From positions 7,484-71,483 of the forward strand of contig CAYOTK010000005.1 of NCBI GenBank assembly GCA_964406895.1: 64,000 nucleotides of DNA, in the 5' to 3' direction. The stretch is from an uncultured Candidatus Saccharibacteria bacterium. Its GTDB lineage: Bacteria; Patescibacteriota; Minisyncoccia; Phycocordibacterales; PALSA-1337. The number at the start of each line of letters is the position of its first letter. Position 1 is the stretch's first letter. Of this stretch, positions 56,972 through 64,000 are shown one piece after another. Under the pieces are notes generated by a model. The model searched no databases. It saw only the letters and a program-made list of their open reading frames with translations, and was not told the origin of the DNA. The translations under genes and the position numbers were made by a program.

Positions 56972-57328
56972 ATGTTAATGATTCGCTTACAACGCACAGG
57001 ACGCAAACACGAACCAACTTTTCGTGTTGTTTTGACTGATTCCAAGAATGGTCCAAAAAGTGGCAAATACATAGAGAATTTGGGCTGGTATGATTCTAGG
57101 ACAAAGAATAAGATTGAGCAGATAGACATAGAGGCAATCAAGACACATATGAAGAATGGCGCCAAACTCTCTCTCACACTTCACAATTTCCTCGTAAATA
57201 ACAAAGTCATTTCTGGTAAGAAGCTCAACGCTCTTCCTAAGAAAAGCCCCATCAAATCCGAAACACCAGCCGAAGCTGCACCTGCACCAGTTGCAACTCC
57301 AACTCCCGCGGAGGCGCCTGCAGCTTAG
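56972..57328 (+). CDS. rpsP: 30S ribosomal protein S16 with Ala/Pro-rich tail
   Basis: 'MLMIRLQRTGRKHEPTFRVV.TDS..GKYIENLGWYD'. Confidence 0.96.
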   Translation: MLMIRLQRTGRKHEPTFRVVLTDSKNGPKSGKYIENLGWYDSRTKNKIEQIDIEAIKTHMKNGAKLSLTLHNFLVNNKVISGKKLNALPKKSPIKSETPAEAAPAPVATPTPAEAPAA

Positions 57329-57351
57329 TTACCGATATATATAGTCTTGAT

Positions 57352-57373
57352 GGCTCACTTCGATGAGTTTTTT
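57352..57373 (+). terminator. Weak intrinsic terminator after rpsP
   Basis: GGCTCA-CTTCGA-TGAGTT followed by a T-run. Confidence 0.5.
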
Positions 57374-57432
57374 GTTTGTTTATTTAAATATAGAAATTTG
57401 TTTTTACCCTTAGCTTGTAGTAATATTGAGCC

Positions 57433-58068
57433 ATGATAATAACTTATTTAGGTGCAGAATTCGTGAAGATTCAATTTGGCGACATTACTCTCGCTCTCAA
57501 TCCAGTATCCAAGGATTCTGATTTGAAGACATCCAAGTTTGGTGCTGACGTTGTACTTTCTAGTATCAATCATTCTCATATGAACGGCATAGAGACGGTT
57601 TCATTCGGGGACAAGAAACCATTTAGTATTACAGGACCGGGAGAATATGAGGTTAGAGGTGTATTCATAAGAGGCATGTTGTCCGAATCCGGTTACGATG
57701 GTGAGAAGAGGATCAATACCATATACACTATCAATCTTGAAGGCATGAATATATGTTATTTGGGAGCTGTGAATACACCAATCTTGCCCAAAGAAAGCGA
57801 TGAGGCCATAGAAGAAGTTGATATACTTTTTGTGCCGATAGGCGGAGATGGAGTTTTGGATCCAGCTTCTGCTTACAAACTAGCCGTCTCTATTGGCCCT
57901 AAGATTATTATACCTATTCATTATGGAGAGATCGGCTCAAAAGACGCTCTCAAACAATTTTTGAAAGAGGCAGGTGAGAATCCAACACCAGTACCAAAAT
58001 TAACTCTGAAGAAAAAAGACCTAGAAGGCAAAGATGCAGATGTCGTGGTTCTAGAAGTTGAGAAATAA
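57433..58068 (+). CDS. MBL-fold metallo-hydrolase-like protein (Lactamase_B_3 type)
   Basis: 'MIITYLG', 'GPGEYEV', 'VDILFVPIGG', 'PKIIIPIHY'; HxHxDH motif degenerate (INHSHMN). Confidence 0.8.
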   Translation: MIITYLGAEFVKIQFGDITLALNPVSKDSDLKTSKFGADVVLSSINHSHMNGIETVSFGDKKPFSITGPGEYEVRGVFIRGMLSESGYDGEKRINTIYTINLEGMNICYLGAVNTPILPKESDEAIEEVDILFVPIGGDGVLDPASAYKLAVSIGPKIIIPIHYGEIGSKDALKQFLKEAGENPTPVPKLTLKKKDLEGKDADVVVLEVEK

Positions 58069-58164
58069 CTATGTATAAGAACATATTTTAAGCTCGACGG
58101 AGTGACTGTTTTTTGCTATACTTAAGCCATAATAATCCATTAAAGGTTAATTTTTATTATCAAA

Positions 58165-60642
58165 ATGACAAAGAAAACAGACAAAAGTAGAGATGAAGAA
58201 TCAGTGCCAGAGAGAATCGGTAATGGTATTGTTCCTCGAAGTCTCACCAGTGAAATGCGTGAGTCTTATCTCAACTACGCGATGTCTGTTATTACTTCGA
58301 GAGCCTTGCCAGATGTTCGTGATGGTCTCAAACCTGTTCACAGACGCATACTCTACACGATGCACGAACTCGGCCTCAGTCCTAACGGCAAAACCAGAAA
58401 GTCTGCCAAGATTGTTGGAGACGTTACAGGTAATTATCATCCTCATGGAACAACTGCGGTTTATGAATCTCTAGTCAATCTTATCCAGCCTTTTAGAATG
58501 CGATATCCTCTGGCCATTGGTCAGGGTAACTTCGGTTCTTTGGATGGTGATGGTGCCGCTGCTGATAGATATACTGAGGCCAAAATGTCTAGAATATCTA
58601 GCGAATTGTTGAAAGACATAGACAAGGATACTGTTGATTGGCGACCGAACTACGAAGGCACAAGGAATGAGCCGACAGTATTGCCATCGATGGTTCCAAA
58701 CTTACTACTCAATGGAACTTTGGGTATTGCAGTTGGTATGGCTACAAACATTGCTCCTCACAATTTGCGAGAAGTTGTAGATGCCACCACTCACCTTATA
58801 GACAATTCTGACGCTACTACAGAAGACTTGCTTCAGCATATCAAGGGTCCAGATTTTCCTACTTATGGAGTTATGTATGGCGAGAAAGACATCCATCATA
58901 CATATGCAACAGGCCGTGGAAGTATTGTTGTTAGAGGTGAAGCAGAAATAGTCGAAGACAAGAAAGGTCAATATCAGATCGTTATCACTTCTATTCCATA
59001 TCGCGTGAACAAAGCAGAACTCATAATGCGTATTGCAGATTTGGTCCGAGAAAAGACCATAGAGGGTGTGAGAGCTTTGAGAGATGAGTCTGACAAGGAT
59101 GTTCGTATAGTTATAGAACTGAAACAAGGCTCATATCCAGAGAAAACACTCAATCTTCTTTACAAACATACTCAACTAGAAGATTCATTCCACGTAAACA
59201 ATGTTGCTTTGGTTGATGGTGTTCCACAAACACTGTCTTTGAAGACAATGTTGCAGGAATTCATCGCACATAGAATACAGGTTATAAGACGCAAGACAAA
59301 ATTCGAACTTGATAGAGCTGAGGAAAGAGAGCATATTTTGTTGGGCTTGAAGAAAGCGCTCGACCACATAGATGCGATCATTACTCTTATTCGCGCGTCC
59401 AAGGATGCAACTGAGGCACATGCCAACCTTATCAAGAAATTCAAATTCACAGACAAACAAGCTACAGCAATTCTCGAAATGAAACTTCAAAGATTGGCTG
59501 GTTTGGAGCGTAAGAAAGTTCTCGATGAATTGGCAGAAGTACAAGCACTCATAGAAGAATTGAAAAGTATTTTGGGAAGTGAGAAGAAAGTCAGAACAAT
59601 CATCAAGACCGAACTAACAAATATCAAAGAAAAATACGGCGATGATCGCAGAACTCGTATTGTCAAACATGGCGTCAAAGAATTCAACCCTGAAGATCTC
59701 ATAGCCGACGAAGAATCAGTCTTGGTTCTCACTAAGGGTGGTTATATCAAGCGCACCAATCCTGACGAGTACCGCAAGCAGAAAAGAGGTGGAGTTGGGG
59801 TTGTAGATCTAGATACCAAAGAAGAAGATTTCATTACGCATCTTGTTTATGCTTCGACACACAATGATATTCTATTCTTTACTGACAAAGGCAAGGCTTA
59901 TCAAATCAAAATGTACGATATTCCTGAAGGCAAAAGAGCAACAAGAGGCAAGTCAGTTATGAATTTCCTATCTCTTGCAGAAGGTGAAAGAGTAACTTCT
60001 ATTTTGCCGATGCCAAAGAACAAGAAAGAAGCAGAAGGTTTGTCGATAATGATGGTTACCAAGAATGGTACCGGCAAGAAATCTTCCGCAAAACACTTCC
60101 ACGATGTTAGAAGATCAGGCCTTATAGCCATAACATTGGATTCAGGTGATGAGCTCATCTCCGTATCATTTGTTTCCAAGAATGATGATGTAATGATTGC
60201 TACAAAAGAAGGCCAGTCGATCAGATTCAAAGAAAGTGATGTGAGAGAAATGGGCAGGAATGCTGCGGGTGTTCGTGTTATCAAACTCGAGAAGAATGAC
60301 GCAGTTATTTCCGCAGATATTGTTTCGAAAGATTCCAAGAATCCAGCCCTGTTTGTTATAGGATCAAATGGTTACGGTAAGAAAACAGATCTTTCTGAAT
60401 ACAAGACTCAGAAGCGTGGAGGATCTGGTATATTGACCATGAAAGTTACTTCAAAGACTGGTTCTCTTATGGGCGCAAAAGTAGTTACAGAAAATGAAGA
60501 AGAGATTGTGGCAATGTCGAAGAAAAGCCAAGTCATAAGAACTGATTTGAAAGAAATACCGACTCTCGGCCGCTCAACTCAAGGCGTTAGGATTATGAAA
60601 CTTCGTGATGGAGATTCGTTGGCTAGTATGATTTGCTTATAG
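58165..60642 (+). CDS. gyrA: DNA gyrase subunit A
   Basis: '[16 protein letters not shown]'; catalytic 'RYTE'; GyrA box 'QKRGGVG'; C-terminal pinwheel repeats. Confidence 0.97.
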   Translation: MTKKTDKSRDEESVPERIGNGIVPRSLTSEMRESYLNYAMSVITSRALPDVRDGLKPVHRRILYTMHELGLSPNGKTRKSAKIVGDVTGNYHPHGTTAVYESLVNLIQPFRMRYPLAIGQGNFGSLDGDGAAADRYTEAKMSRISSELLKDIDKDTVDWRPNYEGTRNEPTVLPSMVPNLLLNGTLGIAVGMATNIAPHNLREVVDATTHLIDNSDATTEDLLQHIKGPDFPTYGVMYGEKDIHHTYATGRGSIVVRGEAEIVEDKKGQYQIVITSIPYRVNKAELIMRIADLVREKTIEGVRALRDESDKDVRIVIELKQGSYPEKTLNLLYKHTQLEDSFHVNNVALVDGVPQTLSLKTMLQEFIAHRIQVIRRKTKFELDRAEEREHILLGLKKALDHIDAIITLIRASKDATEAHANLIKKFKFTDKQATAILEMKLQRLAGLERKKVLDELAEVQALIEELKSILGSEKKVRTIIKTELTNIKEKYGDDRRTRIVKHGVKEFNPEDLIADEESVLVLTKGGYIKRTNPDEYRKQKRGGVGVVDLDTKEEDFITHLVYASTHNDILFFTDKGKAYQIKMYDIPEGKRATRGKSVMNFLSLAEGERVTSILPMPKNKKEAEGLSIMMVTKNGTGKKSSAKHFHDVRRSGLIAITLDSGDELISVSFVSKNDDVMIATKEGQSIRFKESDVREMGRNAAGVRVIKLEKNDAVISADIVSKDSKNPALFVIGSNGYGKKTDLSEYKTQKRGGSGILTMKVTSKTGSLMGAKVVTENEEEIVAMSKKSQVIRTDLKEIPTLGRSTQGVRIMKLRDGDSLASMICL

Positions 60643-60687
60643 GCTATTCACTTCCCTCTGTGTATAAAAATACGCTAGAATATAGCT

Positions 60688-61206
60688 ATGTTTTCTAATC
60701 CAGCCTCAAATATCGCCAAGCTCGGAATCATTCATGGAATGAAATTAATAGACATAGGTACTGGCTCGGGTTTCTATGCTATAGAATCAGCAAAATTAGT
60801 AGGCCCATCAGGGCGCGTATATGCTGTTGATGTTCAAAGAGAAATTCTTGATCGAATACGCGCCAATGGTATATCACAAAAACTCAATAACATTGAGGTG
60901 GTTTGGGGTAATGCAGAAAAGATCGGCGGCACCAAAATCAGAGAAAATATCGCTGATAGAATAATTGTATCAAATGTATTATTTCAAGTAGCCAAGCCAG
61001 ATGATTTCTGCTTAGAGATAAAGAGACTAACAAAAACAGGCGGCAAAGTTTTGGTTGTAGATTGGAGTGATATTAGTCCTATCGGTCCCAAGAATGTTGT
61101 AAGTGCCGAAAAGGCTCGTCTTTTATTCGAGAAGCATGGTTTCAAACTGGATCAAAGTTTCGATGCGGGAGATCATCATTATGGTTTAATTTTCATAAAA
61201 ACATAA
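60688..61206 (+). CDS. Class I SAM-dependent methyltransferase
   Basis: 'DIGTGSG', 'GRVYAVDV', 'GGKVLVVDW', 'HHYGL'. Confidence 0.88.
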   Translation: MFSNPASNIAKLGIIHGMKLIDIGTGSGFYAIESAKLVGPSGRVYAVDVQREILDRIRANGISQKLNNIEVVWGNAEKIGGTKIRENIADRIIVSNVLFQVAKPDDFCLEIKRLTKTGGKVLVVDWSDISPIGPKNVVSAEKARLLFEKHGFKLDQSFDAGDHHYGLIFIKT

Positions 61207-61210
61207 TACT

Positions 61211-62503
61211 ATGTCCAAATTTCAAATGATCGTTATAGGAATATTTGTGGTTTGCATAATTGCAGGTGTTGCTGCTTTTGCAATGTTCAAGGGCAGTAGT
61301 TCTTCTACGGCTTTGCCACAGATCACTATTTGGGGAACATTCCCGAAGGACGTCTTCGATCAATACGTATCCAAGATCAATAATACTTTGCCTCAAAGTA
61401 TTTCTATTGATTATGTTCAAAAATCAACTGATCAATTTTCCAAAGATTTCATAGCCACTCTTGCTAGGGGTTCTGGACCTGATGCCATACTTATTCCTTC
61501 AGACATGATTTTGCCTCATATGGATAAGATTGTTCCTATACCATATGGTGCTTTGCCACAGAGAGATTTCATGGATACATATATCGAAGAATCCTACATG
61601 TATTTGGGTCAACAGGGTTTGTACGCACTACCTTTTACGGTTGATCCTCTAATCATGTATTGGAACAGAGACATGTTCAATTCCGCTGGCATAGCGACGA
61701 GCCCAAAATATTGGGATGAATTTATCAATATCAATAAAAAGTTAGTTACTAAAGATCAAAAAGGCAATATTCGCAAAACTGGTTTGGCTATGGGGGAGTT
61801 CGTCAACATCACTAATGCCCGAGAATTATTAGGCACGCTTATTATGCAATTGGGTAATCCTGTAACATATACCAATAACGAGGGTGTTACACGTAGTTCG
61901 CTCAAGATGTCTTTCAATCCCAATCCTTCAAAAGCTGTACAATTCTATACTCAGTTTGCGGACGCTTCACAGCAATTATATTCTTGGAATAGAGGTATGC
62001 CAGAATCAAAATCATATTTCCTATCAGGATTACTCGGTACATATTTCGGTTTTGCATCAGAGATCAATGATATTAGAGCCAAGAATCCCAATCTGAATTT
62101 CGATGCCGCCACGATACCACAGGTAAGGACCGGAGGCAAAAAAGCTACATTTGGAAGGATGTACGGACTTTCTATTGTTCGAGCTTCCAAGAATGCAAAT
62201 GCAACTTTCCAGATACTTTCTGTTATTACTTCTGCATCTGCATTGAAAATGCTGTCCAATACTCTGTATTTGCCTTCAGTTAGAAGAGATGTCATATCTG
62301 TGGGCTCGAGTGACCCATACATCTCTGTGTTCAATGAGCAGGCTTTGATAGCCAAATCTTGGCTTGATATTGATCCTTCAAGTTCATTCAACATATTCAG
62401 AAATATGGTAGAATCTGTTACAAGTGGTAGCAAGAATATAAACGAAGCTTTGGATGATGCTGGTGATCAATATGATAATATTTTACGAATAAGCAATGAA
62501 TAA
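61211..62503 (+). CDS. Extracellular solute-binding protein (family 1, sugar-type) with N-terminal anchor
   Basis: 'ITIWG', 'GSGPDAI', 'YALPFTVDPLIMYWNRDMF', 'PKYWDEF'. Confidence 0.85.
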   Translation: MSKFQMIVIGIFVVCIIAGVAAFAMFKGSSSSTALPQITIWGTFPKDVFDQYVSKINNTLPQSISIDYVQKSTDQFSKDFIATLARGSGPDAILIPSDMILPHMDKIVPIPYGALPQRDFMDTYIEESYMYLGQQGLYALPFTVDPLIMYWNRDMFNSAGIATSPKYWDEFININKKLVTKDQKGNIRKTGLAMGEFVNITNARELLGTLIMQLGNPVTYTNNEGVTRSSLKMSFNPNPSKAVQFYTQFADASQQLYSWNRGMPESKSYFLSGLLGTYFGFASEINDIRAKNPNLNFDAATIPQVRTGGKKATFGRMYGLSIVRASKNANATFQILSVITSASALKMLSNTLYLPSVRRDVISVGSSDPYISVFNEQALIAKSWLDIDPSSSFNIFRNMVESVTSGSKNINEALDDAGDQYDNILRISNE

Positions 62504-62957
62504 ATTACTTTTAATTTTCTTTCTCGCGTTTAGTTTCGCAAATGTATATATAGCGAATGCTGCGACCACTCCCAATCCAAATTTTACGAACATCAACAAT
62601 CCAGAATTCAGATTAGTTATATGTGATGGTCCTAGATATCCAGATCCTTTGCCAGTAGGCATGAATCCACCACCGGCAAATTACGTTCCATGTGATTTCA
62701 ACGGTCTTATGTTGCAAGCCAATCACATAATAACGTTATTACTTATTGCTGGAGTATTTGTAGCTATAGCTGGTCTTGCATATTCTGGGTATTTGTTTTT
62801 GACAGGCAAGGAGCAAGATCGTACTCGCGCTAAGGAAATATTACCAAAAATTGCAAAAGGGTTTATAATGATGATATCCGCATGGTTTATTGTGCATCAG
62901 TTGCTAATCTGGCTTACTGATAATGGCAATGGTTTTTCTAGGTTAATAGGAGGATAA
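62496..62957 (+). CDS. TrbC/VirB2-like pilin with Cys pair
   Basis: Signal peptide; 'VICDG...VPCDF'; two TM helices separated by 'TG...RAK'. Confidence 0.72.
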   Translation: MNKLLLIFFLAFSFANVYIANAATTPNPNFTNINNPEFRLVICDGPRYPDPLPVGMNPPPANYVPCDFNGLMLQANHIITLLLIAGVFVAIAGLAYSGYLFLTGKEQDRTRAKEILPKIAKGFIMMISAWFIVHQLLIWLTDNGNGFSRLIGG

Positions 62958-62961
62958 AATT

Positions 62962-63450
62962 ATGACTAAGCAAACAAAAAAAATTGTTGTACCAATAGTG
63001 GCATTATTACTCATCTGCTCATTTTTTTCATTTTCTATAGCTTTGGCTGATACTGCCAATACAGGACCTTCAGGTGATACAGGAGCAAATTTGCCCGCAC
63101 CTACGCCTACAGCTACTAAGGCAGAGATAATACCTCTCGCTAATCCTCTATCTAGTAAGTTTAATACCGTCGGTGGATTGATAAACTCTCTCATGGAGAT
63201 TTTCAGTTATGTCGCTGTTATTATTGCTGTTTTGGCTTTGATATGGGTTGGCTTCCAATTCATCATGGCGCAGGGTAATTCTGATCGCATAAGTGAGCTC
63301 AAAACTTGGTTTTACTATATTATTATCGGTACTGCTATTATTCTGGCCTCGAGACTTATCGTGTCTGTCGTTATCAATACCTTAGAATCAGCAGGTACAG
63401 TCAGTCCTGATGTTATACAAAAATTAAGACAACCACTTAATAATCAATAA
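62962..63450 (+). CDS. TrbC/VirB2-like pilin
   Basis: Signal peptide; 'LANPL'; 'IWVGFQFIMAQGNSDRI..K..FYYIIIG'. Confidence 0.78.
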   Translation: MTKQTKKIVVPIVALLLICSFFSFSIALADTANTGPSGDTGANLPAPTPTATKAEIIPLANPLSSKFNTVGGLINSLMEIFSYVAVIIAVLALIWVGFQFIMAQGNSDRISELKTWFYYIIIGTAIILASRLIVSVVINTLESAGTVSPDVIQKLRQPLNNQ

Positions 63451-63459
63451 AAATATTTT

Positions 63460-63912
63460 ATGATCAAAAGAATATCAATCGCTTCATTATTAACAATCTT
63501 GGTACCTGCTATCACATTTGCGGCTGGTAAGGACTTGGCATATTTGATTGCTGTTTTCATCAAATATCTCAATCAAGCTCTATTCGTACTTATAGGAGTT
63601 GCTGTTGTCGTCTTCATATATCACATAGTGAAATATTTCATTTTACCGAATGAAGACAGGAAGGCCGCCGGTAATTATGTTATGTACAGCGTTATTGGTT
63701 TCTTTGTTATTATTTCATTTTGGGGTTTGGTTAATATAATAAAAAATACCTTTGAATTGGACAATCAAGCACCAACCACTTGGGGCAGTTTCTCCAATCT
63801 GTTTCCTTCGGGAGGTTCGACTGGAGGTTCCAATAATAATGGTTCAAACAGCGGATCACAGACGCCGTTTTCACCAAGTGTAGTTCCAGTGACCAGTGGA
63901 GAAAACAATTAG
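63460..63912 (+). CDS. TrbC/VirB2-like pilin
   Basis: Signal peptide 'PAITFAA'; 'KYFI....RK.A..YVMYSVIGFFVIISFWGLV'. Confidence 0.75.
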   Translation: MIKRISIASLLTILVPAITFAAGKDLAYLIAVFIKYLNQALFVLIGVAVVVFIYHIVKYFILPNEDRKAAGNYVMYSVIGFFVIISFWGLVNIIKNTFELDNQAPTTWGSFSNLFPSGGSTGGSNNNGSNSGSQTPFSPSVVPVTSGENN

Positions 63913-64000
63913 TTTATTTGAACAATTCACATATTTGCTTGTTTATGGCAGGTACGATGAGTTATAATCATTAGGTAATATAATTATAAATTAATAAATA

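Noticed and set aside
1-64000. Alternative genetic code (TGA=Gly, as in Gracilibacteria/Absconditabacteria)
   Set aside because: Conserved and giant genes are full length under code 11, and several end properly at TGA

Overview
A 64-kb AT-rich bacterial chromosomal segment using the standard genetic code (TGA serves as stop). Gene content is typical of Patescibacteria/CPR (Parcubacteria-like), which is an inference from gene families. In order, it holds: a type IV pilin cluster; a mannose-phosphate/GH130 operon; a ~17-kb surface-glycan locus (GT4s, GT11-GT2 fusion, GT10, wzm/wzt split by a Gtr-like cassette, O-antigen ligase-TPR); murB, secA, obgE and gatB; two giant surface proteins (2724 and 2081 aa); an RRM protein; LOG and MFS genes; tRNA-Leu and tRNA-Cys; rbfA, a short infB, a cysteine desulfurase, rpsP and gyrA; and three VirB2/TrbC-like pilins. 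Six observations stand out. (1) A probable orphan diversity-generating retroelement (DGR) target gene (49401-50300) has an A-depleted variable region and a downstream GAA-loop hairpin, but no template repeat or reverse transcriptase was seen in the window. (2) A giant tail-fibre-like adhesin carries an N-terminal cytoplasmic HTH domain and lies divergent from a MerR-like HTH gene. (3) The RRM gene has a pseudoknotted, structured leader. (4) A GC-rich mini transcription unit is bracketed by GAGGTC(S)GACCTC palindromes. (5) Several other structured intergenic elements are present. (6) Many genes show an apparent leaderless-mRNA promoter architecture. All calls come from reading the sequence; no database searches were run.
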